The translations under genes were made by a program, and so were the position numbers. Shown here piece after piece: positions 11,568-24,730 of a stretch of 64,000 nt of DNA (the stretch's first letter is position 1; every line of letters begins with the position of its first letter). The stretch comes from Octopus sinensis (lineage: Eukaryota): assembly GCF_006345805.1 (NCBI RefSeq), contig NC_043000.1, forward strand, positions 93,310,001 to 93,374,000. Direction: 5' to 3'. The notes beneath the pieces were generated by a model that worked only from the letters and a program-made list of their open reading frames with translations, did no database searches and was not told where the DNA came from.

Positions 11568-12990
11568 TATAAAATAGATAGATCAGCAGAACAGATGGAT
11601 GGATGGTCAGATGGATGGACAGACAGACAAACAGACAGATGACTGACAGACAAACAGACAGATAGATAGGGTTTGCTGAAAGAAGAGTTGCAAGTATAAA
11701 ATAGATAGATGGATTATAAAACAATGATGGAAAACTAATCAAACTATAAGTGCTAATGATGAGAATGATGATGATGGTGAGGAGGTGGAGGAGAAGGAGG
11801 AGGGGGAGGAGGACAATGATGGCAACAACGACCATTATCACAGCTATTTCCACTATGACAACCACCATGGCCATTACAATCACAACCACAACGATGATGA
11901 CAACCATAATGAGGAAGACGAGGAAGAGAATGAGGAGGTGGAAGAAGAAGTGGAAGACAAAAAACGGTGAAAACAATAATGATAATAGCAATAATAATAG
12001 GTTTATAAATGACAGATTAAGAAGAAAACAAAGAAAGAGAACAACAAGAAAGAAAGAGTGAATGCAGGAAGAGAAGAAAAGAGAGAGAGAGAGAGAAAGA
12101 AGAGAGGAAGTAAATAAGTACGTAGGTAAGTGGGTGAGTGGATGGATGTGGTTAGATGGTTGGGTGGGGAGAATGAAAGAAAAGAAGGTAGGAAGGAAGG
12201 AAGAATAAGTGGTGAAATAGAGAGGAAGAAAGGAAAGCAGGAAGGACTGGAAAACCGCCCCCAAAAATACAAATAGAGAAAGTAATCATAAAAAAAAACC
12301 AAACGTGTGTGTTTATGCACGTGTATATGTATGTAAAAATGTGTATGCATATATATGTATATATACATACATACATGCATACATATATATATATATAGAT
12401 AGATAGATATAGATATATATGTATGCATGTATGTATACATATGTATATGTATGTGTATACATGCATATATATATATTATATATATATATAGGTATTTGGA
12501 TATACTCACACTGACATTCACACATGTACACATGTACACACACACACACACACATATATATATACATAGAAATGTATATATACACATAATACATATATAT
12601 ACTTATATACTTATATTTATAGGTATATAGATCTCTATCTCTCTATCTATATGTGTGTGTAGGTATATATGTATATGAATATCTGTTTGTATGTGAATAC
12701 ACACACACACACCACCACATATATATTCATGTACATATATTTATATATGTGTGTGTGCACATAGGTAGTTATGTATATATTATATAAGTATGAACACATA
12801 CACACATATATAAGTGTATACAGTCATACACATACCTATGAACACGTGTGTGTGTATATATATATATACATATATAAATATGCACACACACACATACACA
12901 TACACACATATATTGATTCATACTTCATACAAACATACACAAATACACACATACATACACGCACAACACCACACATCTAAAACTGATTTT
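11340..12990. repeat. Compound microsatellite and low-complexity block
   Basis: (TA)n, (GACA)n, (GAT/GAG/CAA)n and (CA)n tracts seen directly. Confidence 0.9.
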
Positions 12991-13259
12991 TCGGTTGCTT
13001 TAAGCTCACGCTCTTCAACTAAAATAGCTCCAGCCTTCAGGATAAGCACGTTTCAACGTCAGATGAACTCCTGACACACTTTTCTACACTTTGCTGTGGT
13101 GAACAAAACAAAATAAAAAACAAAAAAATATTTCTAAAAGAATATATATATATACGCATACATATATGTGTGTGTGTGTGTGTGTGTGCATATATACATA
13201 TATACATATATACTTATATATCTAAATATATATATATATGTGTGTGTGTGTTTGTATAG

Positions 13260-13419
13260 ATGCAGGAGTAGCTGTGTGGTTAGTAGCTTGCTTAGCAACC
13301 ACATGGTTCTGGGTTCAGTTCCATTGTGTGACACCTTGGGCAAGTGTCTTCTACTATAGCCTTGGGCCAACCAAAGCCTTATGAGTGGATTTGGTAGATG
13401 GAAACTGAAAGAATTCCGT

Positions 13420-13470
<51 letters not shown>

Positions 13471-13471
13471 G

Positions 13472-13505
<34 letters not shown>

Positions 13506-13696
13506 TGTATGTATGTATGTATATGCTTGTGCATCTGTCACCCCACCATAGCTTGACAAGTGATGCTGGTGTGTTTACGTACCCGTAACTTAGCAGTTCA
13601 GCAAAAGAGACCTCTAGAATAAGTACTCAGCTTCAAAGAATAAGTCTTGGGGTCAATTTGTGCAACTAAAGGTGGTGCTCCAGCTTGGCCACAAAA

Positions 13697-13700
<4 letters not shown>
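13260..13700 (+). mobile_element. SINE-A
   Basis: gcaggagtagctgtgtggttag..gggttcagttcc head through the ggtggtgctccagc tail. Confidence 0.85.
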
Positions 13701-13739
<39 letters not shown>

Positions 13740-13928
13740 GTAATTACTTTTTAATGTTTATTCATTTTCAACAATTCTAGAGATGAGGAAGATGTTGAAC
13801 AGTGGTGTTGGTGGATAAAGGTTCTGTTGGTCTTGCTTTTTTCAACCTCTGGTCAATTCCTTATTGAAATCTCTCAAGCCATGGCTGTCCAGCCATTTTA
13901 CAAAAATACCTAGGACGAAATAATCTAA

Positions 13929-14135
13929 TACAAGGGGGTGCTAAAAGGTTCCTAGTTTTGGGTACAAAAAACTCAGGAGGATCAGTTAATTCAACATAAA
14001 TTCCTCTCAGATTAGTGCACTTATTGCAGTGCTCCTTAAGTTTTTTTAAGACCTGTAAAAGAACTCAGAATGTTGGGACTTCAATCAGGTCTTTTGTGAT
14101 ACCTTTAAAGTCAGGAGCCTTTCAGCCACACCTCG

Positions 14136-14186
<51 letters not shown>

Positions 14187-14412
14187 TCACACACAAGGGT
14201 ATTCAGAAAAGTTCTTGGCTTTGGGTGAAAGGAAATACAGGAGGATCGATTAATTATGACTTTATTCAATATAAATTCCTCTCAGATTCGTACACTTGTT
14301 GAAACAGTCCTTCAGTTTTTTAAGCACTGAAAAGGAACTCGGAAGTTTGGGCCTCCAGCCAGACCTTTTATGATACCCTTAAAGCCAGGAACTTTTCAGC
14401 CCCACCTCGTAT

Positions 14413-14451
<39 letters not shown>

Positions 14452-14914
14452 TATATATATAAATACATACATACACACATACAAGGGAGTGCTGGAAAGT
14501 ACTCGGCTTTTGGTAAAAGAAAATACAGGTAGATCAGTTAATTATCATTTTATTGAACATATTCCTCTCTCAGATTCACACACTTATTGCAGTGGTCCTT
14601 CATTTTGTCTAAGCCCTGTATAAACAACACAGAAGGTTGGGCCTTCAACCAGGTCTTTTGTGACGCCCTAAAAACCAAGAACTTTCAGCCCCACCTCACA
14701 CACACACACACGATGGAGTGCTGAAATGTTCCTTGTCTTTGGGCAAAAGAAAATATAGGAGGATCAGTTAGTTAAGATTTTTTCAACATATTCTCCTCTC
14801 AGATTTATACACTTATTGCAGTGGTCCTACAGTTTTTGTAAGCCCTGTAAAAAGAACTCAGAAGGCCTTGTGCAATACCCTTAAAGCCAGGAACTTTTCA
14901 GCATCCCCCTCATA
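13929..14914. mobile_element. Tandem array of four mariner-type MITEs (about 210 bp each) separated by (CA)n
   Basis: Units 13929-14139, 14193-14411, 14480-14698 and 14710-14914; ends approximate TACGAGGGGGTGCTGAAAAGTTCC and GGAACTTTTCAGC..CCTCGTA. Confidence 0.8.
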
Positions 14915-14989
14915 TATTCTTCATTTCTTTTCTTTCATGTTTCATTTCTGAAGAAACTATGTCATGATACAAGGGAAATTTGGCTGTTA

Positions 14990-15400
14990 TTTCTTGTTGG
15001 TTGTTATTTCTTGTTGGTTCCTGGTAATGGAAGTGGGAGGTGAGGGTGTGTTTTTGTTATTGGTTTTCGTTAAGATTATGGTGGTTGAGAATGGTGACAG
15101 CAGTGGATATATTAAGACCGAATGTGGTGGTGGTGGTGGTGGTGGTTGCAGGGATGGGGTGGGGGTGTTGGTGCTGGTAGTGGTGCTTGTGGGGTGTAGG
15201 AGTGCTGATAGTGGTGCTTGTGTGGGTGTGGGTGTGGGGGTGATTGTGAGTAGTTCTAGTTGCATTTATCATAGCAGCAGTGGTGGTCGTCGTCGTCGTC
15301 TTCGTTGTCGTCATCGTTGCCATTATCATCATTGTGGTATCATGGTGGTGGCGGCAGTGGTGGTGGTCATGGTGTTGGTGGTGATTGTGGGAGGGTAACT
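14990..15400. repeat. (GGT)n/(GTG)n/(CGT)n low-complexity tract
   Basis: Seen directly. Confidence 0.85.
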
Positions 15401-16851
15401 TTCTAGGTGCAATCCCATGGTCAGTGTCGTGACTGAAGGCGGTCTCAGATACCACCTGTCATTGGGTTGTGGTTTACTTCAGTCTTTCTGACTTTTATTT
15501 AAGTTCTTGATGGGCATTCCATTGATAGATGGAGTAATGTGTATGTGAATTTGGAGTGATGTAGGTAGACAGGAAAAGCGAATGCCCAAGAAGGGTCAGG
15601 AATGGAGAATGACAAGGAATAGTATGTATTTGAATGGTGTGATCTAAGAGAAGGTGATGACAAAGAAGGTTATTGTGGTTTGAAACCATATGACTGTGAA
15701 GTGAAATTGCTAACCAAACTACTGTTCTGTCTGCTTTGAAGAAGAGATCAGAATAATTCCAAAACATGCTCAGAGTTATTCCAATTACATGCAAGATAAT
15801 ACTAGCAAAAATACTAATTTATCAACAAGTTCCCCCACCTCACTGCATATTCCATTCTAACCTTGTAATGCCCTTTGCATTATACATATTGCGATTAATT
15901 TAATAATTAATTCTTCCATGCAAAAGATATCTTCAATGATTTAATCTCTAAATAATCTTATCTGCTAATGCTAAAGACTGTACAATCTTCTACTTTTACT
16001 TTTAAAATACTTCACCACAATTTCAGGAAAGACCGTTGAAGCTATACTTCATTGAAGAGATCAGAATAAGAGTGAAAACTGTCCAGTGTTGTCTCTTGTC
16101 AGCTAGAAAACTTACAGGGAAATGGGAAAGTGAATGGTATTTATAAATATTGTTTATTGTGAATTTTCTCACTGCACACATATTCGTAGTTAATTGCTTT
16201 CTATGTTCGTCTCATTAAATATGTTAACATTAAGTTAACTATTTTCCTCTTCATCCAGATGGCATCTCTGAGTTATGTATTTCTAGACAATATCTTACAT
16301 TTGTTTTAGTTATGTCATTAGTGTGATTGAGTAAATCTGTGATGAACATCACAACACATAAAACACAATAATCTTGTTTTCCCCTGCTGATCTTTCCTTC
16401 ATACCTCACAATAAAAATTATAGCGTCATGCCCAGTCAAACAAAATACAATTTTAAAATTTCATTGCCGTCTACTAGAAAAGAAACCATTGCCAGACTCT
16501 CAGTAATGCTTCAAAAACGTAAAAAAAACAAAACTCAACAAACAAAAATCATAAATGTAAAACAAAACAAACATGCAAAATAAAAGGGGGTAATGAGCTA
16601 GAGAGAGTGAGGAAGAGAGGAAAGGAGACGGAGTAACAATATGGAGAGAAGAGCCAACAATAAATAAAAAACACCAATAATAATATGTGAAGATGTTTTG
16701 ACAGTAACATGTTACAATTTATTACCGAAACTTTTTAAATATACTTGAAGGATAGATATTTTGTTCTCCGTCTATTAACATACAGAAATACATTCACACA
16801 GACAACTCAAAACTTAATAGACAACGTTATTATTTTGGCTTTATTTTTCAC

Positions 16852-17087
16852 TTGTTATTTCTCTATTGCCCACAAGGGGCTAAACATAGAGGGGACAAAC
16901 AAGGACAGACAAAGGGATTAAGTCGATTACATTGACTCCAGTGCATAACTGGTACTTAATTTATTGACCTCGAAAGGATGAAAGGCAAAGTCGACCTTGG
17001 CAGAATTTGAACTCAGAATGTAACGGCAGGTGAAATTCTGCTAAGCATTTCGCCCGGCATGCTAACGTGTTTGCCAGCTTGCCACCT
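16852..17087 (-). mobile_element. tRNA-derived SINE, family B
   Basis: Reverse complement matches 47745-47975: ggtgagctggcagaatcgttagc..gagttcaaattc..ctttgcctttcatcctttcggggtcgat..aagtaccagt. The central block resembles the Meta-SINE domain as I recall it. Confidence 0.85.
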
Positions 17088-17089
17088 TT

Positions 17090-17148
17090 ATCTTTTACTT
17101 CTTTTGGTCCTTAGATGGAGGCCATGCTAGGGCACCAGCATTTATATA

Positions 17149-17213
<65 letters not shown>

Positions 17214-17550
17214 TCATATATATATTGTAAAGTCTGGTACTTATTGTATCAGTCACTTTTGCCAAACTGCTAAGTTATGGGGACATAAACACACCAACAC
17301 CAGTTATCAAGTGGTGGTGGGGACAAACACAGACAAACAAAGGCACACACTCACACACATGCGCGCATACACACACATGCATACATATATACATGACAAG
17401 CATCTTTCAGTTTCTGTCTACCAAATCAATTCACAAGGCTTTGGTCGGCCCAAGGCTATCATACAAGACACTTGCCTAAGTTGTCATGCAGTGAGACTGA
17501 ACCCAGAACCATGTTGCTGGGAAGTAAGCGTCTTACCACATAGCCACGCC
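17090..17550 (-). mobile_element. SINE-A with expanded (TA)n
   Basis: Tail at 17090-17140; body and head at 17228-17550. Confidence 0.75.
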
Positions 17551-17589
17551 TATCATTTGATACACTTAGATACTTAATATGGTCTTTAA

Positions 17590-18135
17590 TACAGGCATCA
17601 AGCTGCCAGAATCGTTACCATGCTGGGCAAAATTCTTAGCAGCATTTTGTCCTTCTGTACATTCTGAGTTCAAATTCTACCAAAGTCAACTCTATCTTTC
17701 ATCCTTTCAAGGTCAATAAAACAGGTACCAGCTGAGTACTGGGGTCACTGTAATCAACTTAACATTTTTCTCAAACTTGCTGGCCTTGTGCCACAATTTG
17801 AAACCATTATTATAATCTGAGTCCTAAGGATCACAGAGGTTAATGGTACAGAATGCCCAACCAGAATTTGAGAATACAGGGCTTGATTCCCTGTACCAGC
17901 TTGCAGGCCAATTTCTGTTTTTTAAAGTAGCGAGCTGGTAGAATCTTCAGCACTCTTGGCAAAATGCTTAGTGATAATTCATTCATCTGTGTTCAAATTC
18001 CACCAAGGTTGACTTTACCTTTTATTCTTTCGGGGGTCAGTAAAATAAGTACCAGTTGAGCGCTGGGGTTGATGTAATCGATGCACCACCCCCTCTCCAA
18101 ACTTACTGGCCTTATGCTAAAATTTGAAATCAATA
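17590..18135 (+). mobile_element. Two SINE-B copies (17590-17810, 17925-18135)
   Basis: Both carry ctgagttcaaattc..tttcatcc..aagtaccag-type blocks. Confidence 0.75.
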
Positions 18136-18258
18136 TAGTCTTTAACCCATTAGTATTTAAGCCTGCCATATCCAGCCAAAATATTCTACTAATTTTATGT
18201 TCAACCTGGCCAGATTTGGCCTCTTACACTTACACTACAGTGTCCTTCTAAAACTATA

Positions 18259-18426
18259 TACTATATTTTAATGTGTATAAGGAACCCTTTTTTTGTTAAA
18301 AATTAGGTTAAAAAAAAATATGGGAGTTTCTTATACATGGGTAGTATTATAATCTCTTACAAAACCATGTTTCCAAATTTTAAGACCCAAAATTAGTGGG
18401 TTCCTTGTACGTGTTAGAATACTGTA
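18259..18426. mobile_element. Small TA-flanked MITE nested in the TTAA element
   Basis: tactatattttaatgtgtataaggaaccc is imperfectly inverted relative to gggttccttgtacgtgttagaatactgta. Confidence 0.55.
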
Positions 18427-18498
18427 ATCACTTTATCAAATCTCAAACCTACAAGATATGGCATAATTATTTAAAATCAATGAGAATAAATAAGTGTT

Positions 18499-19025
18499 CT
18501 TTTCTACTCTTGGCACAAGGCCTGAAAATTTTGGGAGAGGGAGCCAGTTGATTAGATCAACCCTAGTACACAACTGGTACTTAATTTATCGACCCTGAAA
18601 GGATGAAAGGCAAAGTTAACCTCAGAGGAATTTGAACTCAGAGCAATTCTGCCACGTTGCCGCCTTTAAAATATTTTTTTCTACTTGGCACAAGGCCCAA
18701 AATTTTGGGGTAGGGAGTCAGACGATTAGATCGACCGCAATATGCAACTGGTACTTAATTTAGCAACTCCAAAAGGATGAAAGGTAAAGTCGACCTTTGC
18801 GGAATTTGAACTCAAAATGTAAAGATAGATGAAATACCGCTAAGCATTTTGTCCATCATGTTAACATTTCTGCCAGCTCACTACCTTTAAAATACGTTTT
18901 TCTACTCTAGGCACAAGGCCTCAAATTTTAAGGGAGTGGACCAGTCAATTAGATCAACCCCAGTATGCAACTGGTACTTAATTTATCAACCCGGAAAGGA
19001 TGAGAGGCAAAGTCAACCCTGGCAG
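18499..19025 (-). mobile_element. Head-to-tail SINE-B trimer with one 20-bp target-site duplication
   Basis: Three units separated by tttaaaata; flanks aatgagaataaataagtgtt (18479-18498) and aatgtgagtaaataagtgtt (19026-19045). Confidence 0.75.
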
Positions 19026-19219
19026 AATGTGAGTAAATAAGTGTTGCATTTGATAAAGTAATCTAAATGCTAAAAAGTTAATAGACATGCCTCGTGCAGT
19101 TTTTAATTATTTAAACCATTTGGGCATCACATTAATGATCAGTGTCCATACAGATAAAACAGCATAATGAAAGTGTCTATTTATTTCGAGGTGTGTGTGC
19201 ATGTGTATAAATGCACACC

Positions 19220-19428
19220 TATGATGGGATGCTGAAAAATTCCAGGCTTTGGGTAATAGAAAATACAGGAGGATCAGTGGCTGTGTAGTAAGAGATGTGC
19301 TGCCAAACTACATGGTTCTGGGTTCAGTCTCACTGTGTGGCACATTGGGGTTCTTCTACTATAGCCCTGGGCTGAGCAAAGCGTTATAAATGGTTTTGAT
19401 GGATGGAAACTGAAAGAAACCCATCATG

Positions 19429-19473
<45 letters not shown>

Positions 19474-19875
19474 GTATGTATGTATGTATATATATATATA
19501 TGTGTGTGTGACTTTGTGTCTGTGTTTGTCCCCCCACCGTTGCTTGACAACTGGTGTTGGTATGCTTATATACATGTCTATTTTTTGCAGTTCAGCAAAA
19601 GACACCAATAAAATAAGTAGTAGGCTTACAAAGAACGAGTCCAGAGGTTGATTCCTTCAAATAAAAATCCCTTTAAGGTGGTGCTCCAGCATGGCCGCAG
19701 TCAAATGACTGAAACAAGTAAAAAAAATAAAAGAATACTCCCCTCTCAGATTCACACTCTTATTGCAGCAGTCCTTCAGTTTTCCTAAGCCCTGTAAAAG
19801 AACTTAGAAAGTGGAGCCTCGAAACAGGTCTTCCACAATCCCCTTAAAGCCAGGAACTTTTCAGCAGCCTCTCAT
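19220..19875. mobile_element. Fifth mariner-type MITE, interrupted by SINE-A (19277-19735)
   Basis: Left and right MITE halves match the 13929-14914 units. Confidence 0.75.
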
Positions 19876-20196
19876 ATATGTTCAATGTTGATGGTATACA
19901 GAATGCCCATGATGTTTGCATTTTGTTATTTTGTGCTGAGTTTTGTCTTCTCTGAGTCATTGTTAAACGATAAATGTTGTTCTTCAAGTCAGAGTTTTAA
20001 TGGTAAACCAAACCGAGCAATCATAGTGTATACCTATTACATTATGTCAGTTGAAAAAATATTTTATATATGTATATATATATATATATATATATAACAC
20101 ACTCACTGGTAAAATTTCCACTAATTTCTTATTTTATATATATGCTTCAACACACGAACTCATATAAAGCATCTTGCAAACCAAATCCCAAAGCGA

Positions 20197-20228
<32 letters not shown>

Positions 20229-20374
20229 TTCATATATATATATAGCAAATCCCCCAAAATAAAGAACAAACACACAAAAAAAACAATGCGAAGACGTGGT
20301 ACATGTAAAGTATTGGCAGATGCTCAAGGAAGGAAATAAAGGTGGTTTTACGTTTTTATATATATATATATAAT

Positions 20375-21885
20375 ATCATCATCATCATCATCATCATCGT
20401 TTAACGTCCGCTTTCCATGCTAGCATGGGTTGGACGGTTCAACTGGGGTCTGGCAAGCCCGAAGGCTGCACCAGGCCAGTCAGATATGGCAGTGTTTCTA
20501 CAGCTGGATGCCCTTCCTAATGCCAACCACTCCGAGAGTGTAGTGGATGATTTTATGTGCCACCGACACAGGTGCCAGACGAGGCTGGCAGACGGCCACG
20601 CTCGGATGGTGTTTTTTATGTGCCACCGACACAGGTGCCAGACGAGGCTGGCTGACGGCCACGCTCGGATGGTGTTTTCTTATGTGTCACCGACACAGGT
20701 GCCAGACGAGGCTGGCGGACGGCCACGCTCGGATGGTGTTTGTTACGTGCCCTCAGCACGGAGGCCAGTCGTTGCGGTACTGGCTACGGTCACGTTCGGA
20801 TGGTTTTCTTATGTGCCACCGGCACTGGTACCACAAGGATACAAATTCCATTGATGTTCATCTATTTTGATTTGGTTCGATTTGATTTGATTTGATTCGA
20901 TTCGATTCTCACTTGCCTCAACAGGTCTTCACAAGTGTCACAAGAAGGAAGGTATGCACAGGTGGACTGACTACGTCCCAGGTAGGGGCCACGGATTATG
21001 GCTTCACTAGTCTTGCCGGGTCTTCTCACGCACAGCATACTTCCATAGGTCTCGGTCTCTAGTCATTTCCATGGTCGTGCTTCACCACCTCGTCCCAGGT
21101 TTTCCTGGGTCTACCTCTTCCACGGGTTCCCTCAACTGCTAGGGATTGGCACTTTCTCACACACCTATCTTCATCCATTCTCGCCACATGACCATACCAG
21201 CGCAATCGTCTCTCTTGCACACAACAACTGATGCTTCTTAGGTACAACATTTCTCTCAAGGTACTAACGCTCTGTCGAGTAAGTACACTGACATTACACA
21301 TCCATCGGAGTATACTGGCTTCGTTCCTCACGAGCTTACGCATGTCCTCAGCAGTCACGGCCCATGTTTCACTGCCATGTAGCATAGCTGTTCGTACACA
21401 TGCATCATACAGTCTGCCTTTTACTCTGAGCGAGAGGCCTTTAGTCACCAGCAGAGGTAAGAGCTCTCTAAACTTTGCCCAGGCTATTCTTATTCTAGCA
21501 GTTACACTTTCAGCGCACCCACCCCCACTACTGACTTGGTCACCTAGATAGCGGAAGCTATCAACTACTTCTAGTTTTTCCCCCCGGAAAGTGACGGAAG
21601 TTGTTTTCTGTAGATTTTCGGAGTTCAATGCTCCAGAGCACCTGCCACATACAAAAACTATCTTCCCAGTTAGCCTACCTTTGACATTGCTGCACCTCTT
21701 ATGTGTCCATAGCTTACACTGGGTACATCTTATAGAGTTTCTACCTACACCTTTTCTACAGATCGAGCAGGGCCATCTTCCTGAGGATATTTGTGGATTT
21801 TCTACCTTTCTACTTATTAGTACTTTGGTTTTAGCTAGGTTGACTCTAAGGCCCCTCGATTCTAAACCCTCCTTCCACACCCTCC
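20375..21885 (-). mobile_element. 5'-truncated RTE-clade LINE with 3' UTR 63-bp repeats and (GAT)n tail
   Basis: RT C-terminal ORF, three 63-bp units at 20555-20745, high identity to 62534-64000. Confidence 0.92.
21059..21880 (-). pseudogene. RTE ORF C-terminal fragment (RT end, Cys-rich insert, thumb)
   Basis: GLRVNLAKTKVL, FRYLGDQVSSGGG, KGRLYDACVRTAMLHGSETW, RRLRWYGHVARM and RGRGRPRKTW are RTE motifs. Confidence 0.92.
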
Positions 21886-22144
21886 TATATATATATATAT
21901 ATACACATACAAGATCAAGTATTAATTAATCCTCATATCCAAAATACCATTGTCAATACTAAAGCCTCAAAGACACTATCGTTAAGATAAGTTGTTCATG
22001 AAAATGGATGTTAAATGATGATAGCACACACATACACACACACACACACACACTCATACATACACAAACACACACACATATATATGCATCTTTATATACA
22101 CACATATATGCATATATGTTTATATATATGCATTTAAATTCATG

Positions 22145-22175
<31 letters not shown>

Positions 22176-22260
22176 ACACACATATCCATGCATATGTATG
22201 TATAGATATATATATGTATATACTTATACATATATATACATATATATTCATATATATATA

Positions 22261-22304
<44 letters not shown>

Positions 22305-22399
22305 TATACACACACTCACACACACATATATATATATATATATGAATATATATATATATATATATGAATATATATATGTATGTATGTATATACTAAAAA

Positions 22400-22660
22400 G
22401 AATTCTCACCACCAACAAATCCAGTAACAGCTGCCAATGTGATGTTGTTGTTGATGATGACAGTGGTGATAATGATGAGGAGGAAAAGGAGGAGGAGGAG
22501 GAGGAGGGTGGTGATGATGATAACAACAATAACAATGATATTGATGATGGGGGTGCGTAGTATCAGTGGTGGTAATAGTGGTGGTAGTGGTGGTGGTGGT
22601 GGTAGTGGTGGTGGTGGTGGTAGTGGTGGTGGTGGTAGTGGTGGTGGTGGTGGGGATGAC
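22400..22660. repeat. (GAT/GAG/GGT/GGTAGT)n tract
   Basis: Seen directly. Confidence 0.85.
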
Positions 22661-22980
22661 CAACATCAAAGGGAATATCTATAAACAAAGAAAAGAAACA
22701 AATAAAAAAAGAAAAAGGAATAAATCTTCGAATCGTTTCATCATGTATGAAAAACAGAAAATTCCTTTCTTGTTTGAAGACAGCAAACAAGCGAAACCAT
22801 CCATATTGAAGCCGACATTTTCTCTACTAAACTTACCCTTCATTCTAATGGTACTGATTCCTTTCAAATTAGACACTCTGCTATGTTTGTTGTTGTGGGA
22901 GGGGTTTGTCACGGTGGCGGTTGTGGTGTTGGTGGTGATGTTCTTGGTATTTTGGTGTTGGCGCTATTTGTTCTTTTAAG

Positions 22981-23754
22981 TCTAAGTTTCAAAGCTGAGT
23001 CCACGGAGAAGAGTTCCAACTAGATGAAATCTCCAAGAGGTTTTAATGCACAAGTCTCCGATATCCAAGTGGCTAAAATGTATCATGGGTAGGGTACCCA
23101 GGTGTCATGACTTGAATGTGGCCCAGGACTCCCTTAGAGAGTAAAATGTAAAGGACCAAGACGCTTGCCTGAAGCGGGTTTCTTTTATGAAGATCTAAAG
23201 TGTTCACCTCCCCTGTAAGTTTTCTACTACTTAGGCCCAAGATTTCTTCTGAATGGGCAGTGTTGTCAGATCAAATATATTACAGTCATGACCACCACCC
23301 ATATGTCACTTTATATGTCTAGAAAACCATTATTCTTTTAGTTATTTCCGTTATTTGATTGCAGCCAAGCTGGAGTATCACCTTGAAGGGTTTTAGTCAA
23401 AGAAATCAACCCCAGAACATTTTTTGAGCCTTCTACTTATTCTATCCGTCTCCTTTGCTAAACCACCAAGTTATGGGGACATAAACACACCGACACCAAT
23501 TCTGAAGTGGTGATGGGGGGGGTGACAAACACAAGCACAAAGACAAACACACACACACATATACATACATACATCTTGGCCCTTTACATTTTACTTTCTA
23601 AGGGAGTCCTGGGCCACATTCAAGTCATGACACCTAGGTGCCCTACCCATGATACATTTTAGCCACTTGGATATTGGAGACTTGTGCATTTAAACCTCTT
23701 GGAGATTTCATCTAGTTGGAACTCTTCTCCGTGGACTCAGCTTTGAAACTTAGA
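22981..23754. repeat. 181-bp inverted repeat enclosing a truncated SINE-A
   Basis: 22981-23161 vs 23574-23754: 6 mismatches counted by eye, no indels. Confidence 0.92.
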
Positions 23755-24064
23755 ATTTTATCTTGACTATTGAGTAATTGTAACATATTATTTTATAGAT
23801 AATTTCCTGTATTTACATAATATTGAGGTCTCTTTTTTTCTTTTGTTATATTACCGTTTTTTACCAATATATATATTATATATATATATATATAATATAT
23901 ATATATATAATATATACAAAGAGCAATAAAGATTCAAGTTAATTTAAAAAAATTTACTTGAATATGGTACCTAACTAGTATGCACCAAAAAAAACTATAC
24001 TGATTAACAATACAGTAATGTGGGGTGATTATAAGCGAGAAAGAAGCAACAAGAATGGATAGTT

Positions 24065-24153
24065 TTTTAGTACGATCGTTTCATACAAGGACAGGTTTAT
24101 TAAAAGTTGCAAAGATTACAGCATATAACGAGTCCCGTACTCATCAGCTAAAA
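24065..24153 (-). ncRNA. Mirror hammerhead candidate in the left arm, intact core
   Basis: Same core, stems and GUA site on the reverse strand, with a longer stem II loop. Confidence 0.75.
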
Positions 24154-24730
24154 TACATGTAAGTTCTCTAGACATCCTAGTGTTTGAGGCTATACTCATG
24201 AAGTAATGTAGATAATTAAACAGATTTCTAAAGTTCATTAAAGTTCTTTAAAGATGATGTACAGTCTTATCACAGAGTTTTAAAAAAGTTTTGATAGCAT
24301 CACAGAGAAGGTGACCTAATCCATATGAATTTCCATAGATATGATGAGGGATTATATACTCACAGAAGACAAATTTATCCATTGCTAATTACAACGAGGT
24401 AGGTCTCAATTCCTGCTTATTAGCATTACAGAGAGGGTGAATTAATCCTTTGTATATATGCACAGATTCCAATGGTGTAGATGTAAATTTCCAGAGAAAT
24501 GGAGATGAATTTCATATTCAAAGGCGATAAATTTTACAATGGTTGAACACAATGAGGTAGGTATCAATCCTTGTTATATGATTAGGTGTTTGCCATATTA
24601 ATCACATTACTGCTATTCACAAGAGGCTGTAGCTATTTAACTCTTAAAGGCTGAAGAAATCTGTTTAATTATCTACATTACTTCATGAGTATAGCCTCAA
24701 ACACTAGGATGTCTAGAGAACTTACATGTA

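Larger units (their letters stand above)
18142..19081. mobile_element. TTAA-flanked (piggyBac-like) MITE hosting nested insertions
   Basis: ttaa-cccattagtatt at the left end, aatgctaaaaag-ttaa at the right end; body interrupted at 18259-18426 and 18499-19025. Confidence 0.65.

Noticed and set aside
11410-12264. 284-aa minus-strand ORF and the 320-aa ORF at 49120-50082
   Set aside because: Low-complexity or repeat-derived sequence with no domain motifs.
12975-13130. Minus-strand exon after a strong acceptor at 13093
   Set aside because: All three frames stop within 19 codons of the acceptor, and there is no good donor.
20417-20870. ORFs with repeated MCHRHRCQTRLADGH peptides (also 62573-63222)
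   Set aside because: They come from the 63-bp repeat in the RTE 3' UTR, read antisense to the element.
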